Shown: one piece after another, positions 1-10,013 of the stretch | Layout: every line of letters starts with the position of its first letter | Position numbering within the stretch: position 1 is the stretch's first letter | NCBI GenBank assembly: GCA_965218785.1 | Contig: OZ244650.1 | Span: forward strand, 1,280,001 to 1,344,000 | DNA from: Nitrosopumilus sp. | GTDB lineage: Archaea > Thermoproteota > Nitrososphaeria > Nitrososphaerales > Nitrosopumilaceae | Direction of reading: 5' to 3' | DNA: 64,000 bases | The notes under the pieces: generated by a model | The model's database searches: none | Told to the model about the DNA's origin: nothing | The model's input: only the letters and a program-made list of their open reading frames with translations | Position numbers and translations under genes: made by a program

Positions 1-177
1 TTTCATCTAAAGTCCAGACAGTCATTAAATGGTTATCTGGATAAGTTTCTTGGTCATAATTTCACAAGCAAGAAGGAGACAGTTGGAAAAGAGGTATACT
101 ATAAGACATCAGAGGACGTGAATATTTTTTATAATAAAAAAATTCAAAAGCAGTGTACAAATTTTAAATCAGGTTGA
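1..177 (+). CDS. 3' end of a gene running in from the window edge; C-terminal winged-helix-like tail (Fic-family-like)
   Basis: Frame 1 is open from base 1 to TGA at 175-177: FHLKSRQSLNGYLDKFLGHNFTSKKETVGKEVYYK... This resembles the 'SRQT..KYL..L.....K.GRE.YY' wHTH tail of Fic proteins. Confidence 0.4.
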   Translation, partial: FHLKSRQSLNGYLDKFLGHNFTSKKETVGKEVYYKTSEDVNIFYNKKIQKQCTNFKSG

Positions 178-515
178 TAATGCGTGATCTTTTTTTGATT
201 GTTTTTATCTCAAGGATGAAACTGGAAATAGTACTACAAGTATATCATCACAGGTATTATTCCGGTAAACATCGCTGTACTAAAATAATGATCCGAGTAC
301 GCCCATGCCAGATGCATTGGTCAGAACCCCAAAGGTAAAACAAGGATGTGCAACTGAAGATGACTCGTCTGAAAGCAGATAAACGGCAACAAAACGTCAG
401 CACAAAAATATAATGAGTGATGACGAATCATCTGTATTACGGCAGGAGACACCATCAAACTGTCTGTCGCATTTACCTATATGACGCCGTGCTCTGATCA
501 CCAAATACGGCAGAA

Positions 516-2708
516 CTATTCTTTATCTATAAAGTCATTTAGGACAGGTGGGTCTGGGGCCAGTCCTTTTCTCTTTCTAATATCAGATACTGCTGCTGCC
601 AGCATTGATTTTGGAACCTCGGTCCATTCCTTAAACGACGTATTCCATGTCGCACGTCCGGCAGTCTGCCCCCTCATCTCCTCAGACAGTGTAAATGTCT
701 CAGAGGCGGGAATTTCGCCGGTAATAATACTTGATGCGCCCTTTTGTACCATATCCATCACCTTGCCGCGCTTGCCAGAAAGAACGGTTGCAACACTTCC
801 AACCAGGTCTGTTGGAACACGAACCTCGATGGCCAGCGTGGGCTCCAAGACCGCAGTACCGGCAGTCAGTAGCGCGCCCATGCACGCCCTGCGGGAGGCA
901 GGACCTAGCTGGGAGAGGCCCCTGTGTGCCGTGTCCTCGTGTGGTACAAAGTGTGTAAATGTAAACTTGCAGTTTCTCATCTGTTCTCTGCACAGCGGAC
1001 CCTCCTTCATGACATCATCAAATCCGGAGTTGATTGAATCCGTGGATTCCTGGACAAACTGAACGCCTTTTGTTCCATTAATCAGGACATTGCCGCGTGA
1101 ATCAAGCCTCATAATTCGCTTGATCGTATCAGTATCCCATCCGGCGCCTTTTAGCAGATCTGAGACCATTTTTTTGTCCTTCATGTCGCTGATCTCGCCG
1201 GTCCTGAGCATCTGAGCGATTTGGGGTTCTAGCGGCTCTACCTTCATGAAGATCTTGTTGTGTCTGTTCGGTGATTTTGACATGACTGGGTCACATCCGG
1301 ATTTTACAGTTTCCCTGTAGTTAATCAAAGGCTCAGATGTGATAATCTCGACTTTGGTATCCTGGATACGGTGTGTTGCAACATCAAGGTGCAGCACGCC
1401 CATTCCTGCAACTATGGTCTCGCCGCTCTCCTGATCAATTTTTACTATAAGATTTGGATCCTCGATGGTCAGCTGTTTGAGTACGTCTACTAGCTTTGGC
1501 AGATCCTTTGGATGCTTGGGTTCGATTGCAACCTGGACTACGGGTTCTGAAACATATTTGACGCCTTCGAACATTTGGATGCCCTTGATGCTCGAAAGGG
1601 TGTTTCCTGCCCGGGCTTCGGTTAGTCCAAGCAGTGCCGGGATGTTGCCTGCACCGAGTTCCCCGACCTGTTCTCTTTGATTTCCCATGAAAAAGTTTAC
1701 AGACTGGATTCTTCCCTCCCTTTTTTCATCAATGATGTTGATGGTCTGTCCGTCCTTGATGGTACCAGAGAAGAGACGGCCTATGGCAACAGGTCCGGCA
1801 GCCGCATCTAGCACCATGTTGACAATCATCATGATTGTCGGACCGGTATCATCACATGCAAGTAGCGCCTTTCCGACATCGGATTCCAAATCGCCCTTCC
1901 AGATCTTTGGAATCCTGTATTTTACTGCCTCGTCTGGGGGCGGATGATGCTTGACGACCATTCCAAGTACCGCATCTGCAAGGGGCGCCTTTTCTACAAG
2001 GTCTGAGACTTTGTCATTTTCATAGGCATCAATGACGTCCTTGAAGGTGATTCCCCTCTCCTTCATCAGATCAATGTTGATTGCCCATCTGTCCTTGGCA
2101 GAGCCAAAAGTAACGCTGGCATCCTGAATTGAGATCTTCCATTTCTCCTTGTATTCTGGTTCTGCATATGTGTCAATTAACTGGTTAAAGTTTGAAACGA
2201 CCTCGGCTAGCTGCTGCTGCATCTTTTCAGGTGTCAGTCTGAGTTCCTTGATGAGTCTGTCTACCTTGTTGATAAACAGGACCGGTTTTACCAGCTCTTC
2301 AAGTGCCATTCTAGTTACAGTCTCAGTCTGGGTCATGATGCCCTCTACTGCATCACACACAACGACTGCCCCGTCAATGGCCCTAAGACTGCGGATCACC
2401 CTTCCGCTAAAGTCCACGTGTCCGGGAGTGTCGATCATGTTGATGACGTATTCCTTGTCTTTTTGAGTAAAATGTAAAGTGACGTTTGCCTGGTATATGG
2501 TAATTCCCCTTTGCTGTTCCTCCTTGTCAAAGTCCATTGCCAGTGCCTTGCCTGCAGCAGATGGGGCGATGATGCCAGAGTATGCCAAAAGGCTGTCGCT
2601 CATGGTAGTCTTTCCATGGTCGACGTGTGCGATGACTCCAAAGTTGCGGATTTGGGCCTTGTTCTTGATGATCTTGAGAACATCGCCTGTGGATTTGTAT
2701 TTGACCAT
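516..2708 (-). CDS. fusA: Translation elongation factor EF-2 (aEF-2)
   Basis: 730 aa; AHVDHGKTT, RGITI, DTPGHVDF and NKVD GTPase motifs; KSPNRHN; diphthamide loop HEDTAHRG. Confidence 0.99.
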   Translation of the reverse strand: MVKYKSTGDVLKIIKNKAQIRNFGVIAHVDHGKTTMSDSLLAYSGIIAPSAAGKALAMDFDKEEQQRGITIYQANVTLHFTQKDKEYVINMIDTPGHVDFSGRVIRSLRAIDGAVVVCDAVEGIMTQTETVTRMALEELVKPVLFINKVDRLIKELRLTPEKMQQQLAEVVSNFNQLIDTYAEPEYKEKWKISIQDASVTFGSAKDRWAINIDLMKERGITFKDVIDAYENDKVSDLVEKAPLADAVLGMVVKHHPPPDEAVKYRIPKIWKGDLESDVGKALLACDDTGPTIMMIVNMVLDAAAGPVAIGRLFSGTIKDGQTINIIDEKREGRIQSVNFFMGNQREQVGELGAGNIPALLGLTEARAGNTLSSIKGIQMFEGVKYVSEPVVQVAIEPKHPKDLPKLVDVLKQLTIEDPNLIVKIDQESGETIVAGMGVLHLDVATHRIQDTKVEIITSEPLINYRETVKSGCDPVMSKSPNRHNKIFMKVEPLEPQIAQMLRTGEISDMKDKKMVSDLLKGAGWDTDTIKRIMRLDSRGNVLINGTKGVQFVQESTDSINSGFDDVMKEGPLCREQMRNCKFTFTHFVPHEDTAHRGLSQLGPASRRACMGALLTAGTAVLEPTLAIEVRVPTDLVGSVATVLSGKRGKVMDMVQKGASSIITGEIPASETFTLSEEMRGQTAGRATWNTSFKEWTEVPKSMLAAAVSDIRKRKGLAPDPPVLNDFIDKE

Positions 2709-3004
2709 GTTCGCAAACCCTAGTAATCAGGTATTAAACCTTAGGACGGGAATTTTGATCAGATGGGGATCATCCCGAAAATGATTCGACAGGCATTGCA
2801 AATGCCAGAACCGGCGTTCCAAAAAAGACTCTTCTGCCAGACCCGGACACGGTTTTTTTTTTGAAACGATTCCGGGAAATTCAAAGAGTGATGATGACAT
2901 ATGACGTGGTGTCTCACACGCCCTGATGGTTTTCACATCAGATGACTATTGTAAATGATTCCGCCCGTGTTTTGATTTTTATTACGATAATTTTGCAGTC
3001 AATC

Positions 3005-3832
3005 ATGGAAATTTCCGTGGGACACACTCCGGATTCGGATGACGCATTCATGTTTTATGGAATGTTTACAGACAGGGTATCGTCCCCGGATTTTAAGGTA
3101 AACCATGTAATTGAGGACATTGAAAAGTTAAACCGCAAGGCAACAAACCCGGAGCTTGACGTTACTGCCGTTTCGGTTCATGCATGCGCATACATTCCAG
3201 GATACACGATACTTCGAAGTGGCGGAAGTTTTGGAATCGGATACGGGCCCATAGTTACTGCCAGAGAGCAGATGAGCATTGATGAGATGAAAAAATGCAC
3301 GATTGCCATACCAGGCAAGATGACATCGGCGTTCTTGCTGCTGCAGCTTATGATTGGAGAGTTTGATCATATCGAGATGAATTTTAGCGATATTCCAGAT
3401 GCGGTAGAATCAGGCAAGGTGGATGCGGGGCTGGTAATTCATGAAACCCAGTTATCATACAAGCAGGAGGGAAAAGTCAAGATCCTAGACGTCGGGGAGT
3501 GGTGGGATAAAACAACAAACGGACTGCCAGTTCCGCTAGGAATCAACGTCATGAGGACGGACTTGGGCATGGATACAATTGTCAAATTTGACAGGTATCT
3601 TCAAGAGTCAATCGAGTTTGGAATGGCCCATTTCAAAGATGCAATCGAGTACGCAATGCAGTACTCCAGGGGAAACCCGCGCGGGTTAATTGAGAGATTC
3701 GTAAAGATGTATGTAAATGAGATAACTGTCAACATGGGGGATTCCGGGGAGCAGTCAATTAGAAGGCTCTTTGAGATGGCAAAAGAAAGGAACCTGGTTC
3801 CGGACTTTGAGATATCCATTGCCGCCAAGTAG
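3005..3832 (+). CDS. mqnD: 1,4-dihydroxy-6-naphthoate synthase (MqnA/MqnD family)
   Basis: GHTPDSDDAFMFY, GGSFGIGYGP, AIPGKMTSA, GLVIHE and LPVPLG motifs. Start moved to ATG 3005 (MEISVGH). Confidence 0.9.
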   Translation: MEISVGHTPDSDDAFMFYGMFTDRVSSPDFKVNHVIEDIEKLNRKATNPELDVTAVSVHACAYIPGYTILRSGGSFGIGYGPIVTAREQMSIDEMKKCTIAIPGKMTSAFLLLQLMIGEFDHIEMNFSDIPDAVESGKVDAGLVIHETQLSYKQEGKVKILDVGEWWDKTTNGLPVPLGINVMRTDLGMDTIVKFDRYLQESIEFGMAHFKDAIEYAMQYSRGNPRGLIERFVKMYVNEITVNMGDSGEQSIRRLFEMAKERNLVPDFEISIAAK

Positions 3833-3859
3833 TTATAGAACAAGGGGTTTTCAGATTCG

Positions 3860-4150
3860 ATGGGAGACGGAATCGGCGGCCCGGTTGTTGGGATTCTAAC
3901 TAACAACGCCTTTGAGATGGCAGTCAGCCACGTAAGAAAAGACAACAAGGACGAGTATGGCAAAACAGAAAAAATCATCATTGCAAAGATCGACAATCCA
4001 GATGATCCCCAGTATGCAGAGACTACGCCAGAGCAGCTAGAGCGGGCACTCAAGGGAAAGTTTGTCTCATGCAACGTCCAGTACAGGGACACAAAGACAG
4101 ATGCGCTTGTTTGCAATGTTTTTGTTCAAAAACCGCCTGAGGGGTTTTAG
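3860..4150 (+). CDS. Small thermonuclease (SNase OB-fold)-like protein
   Basis: 96 aa; 'IIIAKIDNP...LERALKGKFVSC...RD...LVCNV' follows the SNase pattern, with degenerate catalytic residues. Confidence 0.55.
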   Translation: MGDGIGGPVVGILTNNAFEMAVSHVRKDNKDEYGKTEKIIIAKIDNPDDPQYAETTPEQLERALKGKFVSCNVQYRDTKTDALVCNVFVQKPPEGF

Positions 4151-4171
4151 AGGGAACGTAATGCCTAATAT

Positions 4172-4480
4172 ATGATAAATTCCAAACAAGATGGGATGCT
4201 TGTCGACAAACGAATTCTGGCAGGAGGTATTGCAATAATCATTGCAGGGATGATCGTGGCAGTCAGCAGTGCAGTACCACCTGCGGGTCAACCCGGAATG
4301 ACTGATGATGAGATTATAGAGTTGCTGATAGCCGAGGATGAGAACAAGGCGTATCAGATGCTATCTGGAATACTAGTGGGGATAGGATTCCTGCTTGCGC
4401 TGATCAGTTTTGGTGCCAGGAGAAGAAAAAGCAAGGGAGGAGACAGCATAAAAAAAGAGGTGCAAGAACCCCCGGAATGA
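4172..4480 (+). CDS. Two-TM membrane protein
   Basis: Two hydrophobic segments and a basic C-terminal tail. Confidence 0.75.
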   Translation: MINSKQDGMLVDKRILAGGIAIIIAGMIVAVSSAVPPAGQPGMTDDEIIELLIAEDENKAYQMLSGILVGIGFLLALISFGARRRKSKGGDSIKKEVQEPPE

Positions 4481-4508
4481 TTCAAATTAATCGGCATTCA
4501 GCAGAGGC

Positions 4509-4823
4509 ATGATTCAGGCAGAAATTAGTATTTATCCCATGGCAACGAGGACCAGCAGTGCCAGTTTCTACATTGCAAAGGCAGTAGAATCAATTCAGGA
4601 CATGGAAAACATCAGATATGAAATCAACTCGATGGGGACGGTTTTGGAATCAGAGAGCATCGATGTAATTTATGACGCATCAAAGAAGATGATGGAGACA
4701 GTTCACAATCTTGGAATTGCCAGAGTCGAAGTCGTGATCAAGGTGGATTCAAGAAGGGACAAACATCTCAAAATGGAGGAAAAGATAGATGCCATAAAAA
4801 ACCAGCTTCAAAAAAAGGGTTGA
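4509..4823 (+). CDS. MTH1187/YkoF-like thiamine-binding protein (DUF77)
   Basis: AEISIYPM...S.S.YIA.AV...Y.INSMGT.LE...RV...IKVD.RRDK...EEK family pattern. Confidence 0.88.
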   Translation: MIQAEISIYPMATRTSSASFYIAKAVESIQDMENIRYEINSMGTVLESESIDVIYDASKKMMETVHNLGIARVEVVIKVDSRRDKHLKMEEKIDAIKNQLQKKG

Positions 4824-4954
4824 GATGTTTTTCCAGTAGTAGCTGCAGTGTGTCGTGTGCAGTCAGATCAACCACCACACCAGGATCATAAGTAATGCCG
4901 CCGCATTTTTCTTTCTTCCAGTTACCGCAAAAGTCTAAATTAATCTCAAAAGAA

Positions 4955-6073
4955 TCAAAAGTTTTTTAGAATGTCAAAGTGGGTGTTTCTCTGTGCCGGC
5001 ATCCGTCCGATCTCTTTTACCATTGTTGCAAGTTCATCAACAGATGATGCAGTAGTCTTTCCTGCGGCGCGGTAAATCTCTTCGGAAAACGCGGTTCCCA
5101 CCAAGTCGCTGCCGCCGTTGGATAACGCGACCTGTGCTAGTTTCTTACCATAGGCAACCCAGTAAACTGAGATGTTGTTCAGTGTCCCTGCAAGCATGAG
5201 TCTTGATAACGCAATTATCCGCAGATCATACACCGATGAACATTCGTTACTTACCAGATGCTCCTGTTCCAGCTCGGTGTTATCCAGACTGAATTTGAGC
5301 GGAATCAGCGTGATAAATCCGCCGGTCTTTTTTTGCAGCTGCCGAATCTTTATGAGATGATCAACTATGTGCTCTGGTTTTTCAATATGTCCGTAAAGCA
5401 TGGTGACGTTACTTTTGATTCCCATGTTGTGCGCCTCTTCGATCACATCTAGCCACTGCTGTCCCGAACATTTTCCTCGGACTATCTCGTCCCGGATTTC
5501 AGGATGGAACAGTTCTGCCCCGCCTCCGGGCATCGAATCAAGACCGGCGTTTTTTAACCGGGACAGGATTTCCTTGGTGGAGTTTTTTGTCAGTTTTGAT
5601 AAATAAAAAATCTCTGCTGCAGTCAGCGCCTTTATGTTGAGCTGGGGATGGTTTTTCTTGATGGTCCTCATCATGTCTTCATAGTACTCCAACGGAAGTT
5701 TTGGATGAAACCCTCCGACGATGTGAACCTCAGTTGCACCCATCTGCTTTGCAATTCCGACTCTTTGTTCGATCTCCTGCGGGGTCAGGGTATATGCGTC
5801 ATCTGCCCCGTCCTTTCGATAAAACGCGCACATTTGGCAGCTGGCAGCGCAGACGTTTGTATAGTTCATGTAGTAAGATGCAGCAAAGGTGACAGTCTCA
5901 CCGACTAGTTTTTTTCGCGCATCATCGGCTACTGCCCCAAGCAAGTGCAAGTTATCATAATCCATTAATTCAAGACCGTCTTTATGGGAGAGCTCCTCTC
6001 CGGCAATGGCCCGATCTAGCGCCTGTGAGTCTCCGACTAGCTGTTCTAGCATATTTGTCAGTCCGTATGTCAT
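4955..6073 (-). CDS. mqnE: CofH/MqnC/MqnE-family radical SAM enzyme, most likely aminodeoxyfutalosine synthase
   Basis: NYTNVCAASCQMCAF (CxxxCxxC), HIVGGFHP, MPGGGAE and TMLYGHIE; mqnD lies nearby. Confidence 0.75.
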   Translation of the reverse strand: MTYGLTNMLEQLVGDSQALDRAIAGEELSHKDGLELMDYDNLHLLGAVADDARKKLVGETVTFAASYYMNYTNVCAASCQMCAFYRKDGADDAYTLTPQEIEQRVGIAKQMGATEVHIVGGFHPKLPLEYYEDMMRTIKKNHPQLNIKALTAAEIFYLSKLTKNSTKEILSRLKNAGLDSMPGGGAELFHPEIRDEIVRGKCSGQQWLDVIEEAHNMGIKSNVTMLYGHIEKPEHIVDHLIKIRQLQKKTGGFITLIPLKFSLDNTELEQEHLVSNECSSVYDLRIIALSRLMLAGTLNNISVYWVAYGKKLAQVALSNGGSDLVGTAFSEEIYRAAGKTTASSVDELATMVKEIGRMPAQRNTHFDILKNF

Positions 6074-6126
6074 GATATATTCCTTATAGTCTCAAGAAAT
6101 AAGTAGGCACTCAAAGCGGCAATGTC

Positions 6127-6300
6127 ATGGTACTTCCCCTAGTTGACGAACACAAGCCCAAATGCTACCTGTGTCATCTGGGATTTGAGAATCTCGATGA
6201 GTTAAGAGAACACCAGAAATCAGAACACGAAGACTCTGTTGAACCACGCAGAAAAGAGATGGACAGCGGACCGGCACCAGGCGATGTCACGGTATTTTAG
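6127..6300 (+). CDS. Small C2H2 zinc-finger protein (57 aa, not in ORF track)
   Basis: Hand translation MVLPLVDEHKPKCYLCHLGFENLDELREHQKSEHEDSVEPRRKEMDSGPAPGDVTVF* matches C-x2-C-x3-F-x5-L-x2-H-x4-H. Confidence 0.85.
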   Translation: MVLPLVDEHKPKCYLCHLGFENLDELREHQKSEHEDSVEPRRKEMDSGPAPGDVTVF

Positions 6301-7333
6301 ATCTGTATTTCCGGGCTTGGCTGGCTTGTAGATGCGTTTCCTTGTCTGGCGGTAAAAATGAATATGGGCAGTCTAGTGATTACGGCGGGTTTTTAGATAA
6401 TTATGGCAGGATATCAGTGATGATCTGTTTTGTAATTATTCACAAATCCATCTGATGGTATAAACTGTCAATCCATATTTTATGGGATGTCTGGGATCCA
6501 TTACGTTGATTCTAGCGTATTAATTTTATTTCTTTAACAGATCATACAAAAACGCACAGATTCTGTCATTTATTGCATCTTCATAATATGCAAAACCGCG
6601 AGCTTTGTAAAATTTATGGGTTGTGGATCATATGGGATTTAACAGACGTATCTACAACCAAATCACTTTTTATTTCAGGGGGAATTTTCACAAAGAGGCA
6701 TTCAAGTTCTCTTTTTATTTCCCTTTTTGATTTTTTTTCACTGCTAAGTAATTAACAAAATGGAACTCTGGATTTTTTTTGCCTCAGTAGAAGAGCTGCA
6801 TATCTAATGAAATGCCGCAACTGTAACACACCATACCTGCCTTTAATTTAGCTGACGCGGTTGGATTACCCGTTCTCTAATGTCACCTAAAAAATGTCAT
6901 GATGTAATCTGCAAGTTCTGGTACGTCGGATTCAAGTCATCTAACAAATCCATCAGGTTATGGTATTCGTGTTTTGTTGAATTGAAACCCATCTTTGATA
7001 AAGACGGTTTTTAAAAATTAGAAATTTGATTTGGGACTGGCTTTTGCTGCATGTTAGCTCTTTGAATTTGCCATTTGTTTGGGACTCATTGTTTTCAAGT
7101 TCTTGTAATTTTTCAATTTATATTTTATTAAATGGTTTGATATATTGTAGCGGGAATGATAGAAGATAAGAAAATCTAAAAATTATTTTTTCAAAGAGCT
7201 TGCCTGGTCTTCGGGATTATTCATTTTGACTAGAACCGTTCTGATCACATGTGTTCTTCTCAATGCCGCCAAGAAGGAAACGGATACAGAAGATGATATT
7301 TCATGATTAAAACAGCAGCCTGTCAATACAAAA

Positions 7334-7567
7334 TCAGGAGGCATTCTTGTCCCTAGGATCAATTTCCAGTGATTTGTTAAAACACTCCATTGCCTCCTGG
7401 TATCTTCCCAAACACCTCAAAACCACGCCCTTTTCATTCCAAAGGTCAGGATCACTCTGGTTCAGAAAAAGTGCCTGTTCAAAAAAACCAAGCGCGTCAT
7501 CGAACTTTTCATCCTTTAAGGACTGTCTCCCCCGCGAAACAAGACTTTCTATCTCATCCATAAACAC
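7334..7567 (-). CDS. Short TPR-repeat protein
   Basis: Two TPR motifs (LWNEKGVVLRCLGRYQEAMECFNKSLEIDP). Confidence 0.88.
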   Translation of the reverse strand: MFMDEIESLVSRGRQSLKDEKFDDALGFFEQALFLNQSDPDLWNEKGVVLRCLGRYQEAMECFNKSLEIDPRDKNAS

Positions 7568-7684
7568 ACATCATATCAGATTTTTATAAAGTTTGAACGC
7601 AATATACAGAAAAACACCGGTAAAATGGACGGATTTACAATCAAATACCGAAAATTTAAATAAATTTTTTACCAAGTACATGGA

Positions 7685-8122
7685 ATGGATGAAACAGACA
7701 AAAAAATTCTCAAAAATTTGATGGTCGATGCAAGGCTTTCGGCAAGACAGATGGCACTAAAACTTGGAATATCGACAGTAACGGTGCTATCTAGAATCAA
7801 AAAACTGGAGAAGGAGAAGATAATTTGCGGGTATGCTGCAATTATCGACCACGAAAAATTAGGATATGTACTTACCGCGGTTATTGAAATCATAGCAAAA
7901 AACGACAAAATTCTCGAGATCGAGGAGAGGCTGTCAAAATTTGAAAATGTATGCGGGGTTTACGATATAACGGGCTCGACAGACACGCTGATCATTGCAA
8001 AGTTCAAGGAACGAAGTGATCTGAGTGATTTTGTAAAGGAGTTGGCCATGATACCAAACGTAGAAAATACAATCACACACGTGGTTCTAAATACAACAAA
8101 GGAAGACTTTAGGTTGACGTAG
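7685..8122 (+). CDS. Lrp/AsnC family transcriptional regulator
   Basis: MDETDKKIL..L..DARLS HTH plus RAM domain (YDITGSTD). Confidence 0.95.
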   Translation: MDETDKKILKNLMVDARLSARQMALKLGISTVTVLSRIKKLEKEKIICGYAAIIDHEKLGYVLTAVIEIIAKNDKILEIEERLSKFENVCGVYDITGSTDTLIIAKFKERSDLSDFVKELAMIPNVENTITHVVLNTTKEDFRLT

Positions 8123-8130
8123 GTGGCAGA

Positions 8131-8691
8131 TTGAAACACTTCAACATATTTTTAATTTTCATGGTTGTTGCAGGGGGCTTACAAACGGCGGGCTTTGCAC
8201 AGACAGACAGTCCAAACATGGAACTAGTCGTATCAGACGAGGAAAAAACAGTACTCTTTACAGGTTTTGCCGTCGCAGTCATTGCAATCTTTCTGTTTTT
8301 AGCAAGGGATGTCATTCTCAGGAGAAAGACATCCTATGATAAAAACGATCTTGAATCAAAAAAGGACAAGACGTATGAAAAATATCATTCGGGATGGGGG
8401 GACGATTATGAGGAGATTGGAGGGAGAAGGAACACAAAAGACGATGAAGAGTTTCGCAATGCCGCAGACAGGGATGATCTGCCAAACTACTACAATGTTC
8501 TCAGGGTTCCCATGGATGCCACACAAGACGAGATTAAAAACAAATTCAGGGAGCTTGCAAAAAAGACGCACCCGGACAAGACAACGGAGGTGGATTCTGA
8601 GAAGGAGATGGCAGAACTAAACAAGGCATATGAAGTACTCTCAGACAGGGGACGCAGGGAAAGATATGACAGGTATCTAAAAACAGACTAG
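8131..8691 (+). CDS. Membrane-anchored J-domain (DnaJ) protein
   Basis: N-terminal hydrophobic segments; C-terminal J domain NYYNVL...HPDK...LNKAYEVLSD. Confidence 0.9.
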   Translation: MKHFNIFLIFMVVAGGLQTAGFAQTDSPNMELVVSDEEKTVLFTGFAVAVIAIFLFLARDVILRRKTSYDKNDLESKKDKTYEKYHSGWGDDYEEIGGRRNTKDDEEFRNAADRDDLPNYYNVLRVPMDATQDEIKNKFRELAKKTHPDKTTEVDSEKEMAELNKAYEVLSDRGRRERYDRYLKTD

Positions 8692-9092
8692 ACAGACTCT
8701 AGCTTGACAATTATCATGCTAAGCTCGATTGCAGCAGGGGTCTGGACGCTGTTTGTAAGATTGGTAAATATTTCAACATCAAGCGGGGTTTTATTGCGTC
8801 TTAGTTTGGTAGATATTCGAAGTTCGGCAAACTCGGTATTTGGTCCGAGCATTTTTTTTGTCAAAAGCGGCACCACGGCAAGATCGTTTATGGTGCCCTT
8901 CATCTTGTAGGCAAATTTGTCTGAAAAATAAACACCGCCGCGCGTAGTGGGTTTATTGACAGGAATCACCGAATGTTCAACAGATACGTCAGTTATCGGA
9001 TAGGTCTCGTTGTTTAGGTAAAGAATGTACTCTAGGGTGTTTTTCTGGTTATCCTCCATCAGAATTTCAAGTAAATCGGAATTTACGGACAT
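8688..9092 (-). CDS. Conserved hypothetical protein
   Basis: 134-aa ORF with backbone-like composition, convergent and overlapping the stop of the J-domain gene. Confidence 0.7.
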   Translation of the reverse strand: MSVNSDLLEILMEDNQKNTLEYILYLNNETYPITDVSVEHSVIPVNKPTTRGGVYFSDKFAYKMKGTINDLAVVPLLTKKMLGPNTEFAELRISTKLRRNKTPLDVEIFTNLTNSVQTPAAIELSMIIVKLESV

Positions 9093-9196
9093 TCAAGATC
9101 AGCCCGGTTGCAATTCTATTGAATCTTTCTGAGAGAAATCTCAAGGCAGGCAGCTTGTATCATCAAAATCAATTTGTTCGGACAATTTATAAAAAC

Positions 9197-9340
9197 CTAA
9201 AATTCTACTTTGATGTTTTTAACACGTTCTTTAGATTCTGCAAGTAGCTTCAACTGTTTCTCGGTAGGCCCTCTTGCCATAAGGTACTGTAGTCTATCCC
9301 ATTGTTTTTGATCAAGGGGTGCAACTTCTCTTACTGCCAT
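9197..9340 (-). CDS. 47-aa putative antitoxin-like peptide (not in ORF track)
   Basis: MAVREVAPLDQKQWDRLQYLMARGPTEKQLKLLAESKERVKNIKVEF* has a TATA-like sequence upstream. It resembles the 'L....W..L...L..PP' C-terminal half of DUF1778/TacA-type antitoxins. Confidence 0.5.
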   Translation of the reverse strand: MAVREVAPLDQKQWDRLQYLMARGPTEKQLKLLAESKERVKNIKVEF

Positions 9341-9470
9341 GAGACATGTTTATCATAATAAATATTTAAAATTTTGGCATTTTATGCACAAAAATCAGAC
9401 ATGGATTGAAGGCATGATCTTAGATTCAGATAGATTGTTGTATGTGGATGGTAAAAAAACACACCAGTGA

Positions 9471-9763
9471 TACCGTGGTAAGAAGGGACTGGATAGTACA
9501 AAAGAAAACATCAAAAAGGCAGAGCAAGAGTGGTATGAAAGCAAGATGGCTCGCCTGCAAGAACAGGTGAACTGTAACAAAACCAGATAAAATATGTAAT
9601 GTACCATCTTTTCAGAATATGAAAAGCTGGGCAGACTGCCAGTCTGCCATACAGTGGTTTTAAGGGAGAATAATAAAAATATGACAGAATGACATTTCAC
9701 TTTTTTCATGATTTTGAGGACTCGAAAGCGCCAGATGAAATTTTCAATTCAGAGAAGATCCGT
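9471..9763 (+). repeat. Direct repeat copy 1 (~290 bp) of 10247-10538; contains the 3' part of the 66-aa ORF
   Basis: Aligns by eye at roughly 90% identity from ...GTGGTAAGAA.GGACTGGATAGTACAAAAG to ...GAAAGCGCCAGATGAAATTT..A.TTCAG...GATCCGT/AATCCGT. Confidence 0.95.
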
Positions 9764-9841
9764 GTATGGTCTCGCAAGCTACACAATGCTTGGACTGGGA
9801 TTCGTTATTTTTTCGAGATGGGAGATTCAAAATAAAAGTCG

Positions 9842-9881
9842 GAATTTTCAATAGGTATGATTTTTGAATTGGGAAAAGATC
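9842..9881 (-). mobile_element. Degenerate IS6-like subterminal end remnant
   Basis: The reverse complement GATCTTTTCCCAATTCAAAAATCATACCTATTGAAAATTC resembles GATCTTCTCCAGATTCAAAAATGATGCCTATTGAGAATT at 63250. Confidence 0.6.
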
Positions 9882-9892
9882 TATGTGGGAGA

Positions 9893-9994
9893 TCTCGCAG
9901 ATTAGTGCCAAGAACAGTAGTCAGGATAAAATAATGTGGAAGACTCCAAAAAGCGGAATCTCCAACCAACCCGTCAAGTATCTGATCTGCGAGA
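9893..9994. ncRNA. Candidate structured RNA containing a 17-nt inverted copy of the neighbouring tRNA anticodon arm
   Basis: 13-bp closing stem 9893-9905/9982-9994; inner hairpin ~9937-9964; 9963-9979 (CAACCAACCCGTCAAGT) is the exact reverse complement of 10047-10063. Confidence 0.45.
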
Positions 9995-10013
9995 AAAGTA
10001 AATAAAAACATTG

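Noticed and set aside
516-2708. Possible atypical EF-2 paralogue
   Set aside because: The diphthamide-site HRG motif and GTPase motifs are canonical.
481-2936. Plus-strand and alternate-frame ORFs overlapping fusA, and similar shadows over other core genes
   Set aside because: They overlap confidently identified genes and have no recognisable motifs.
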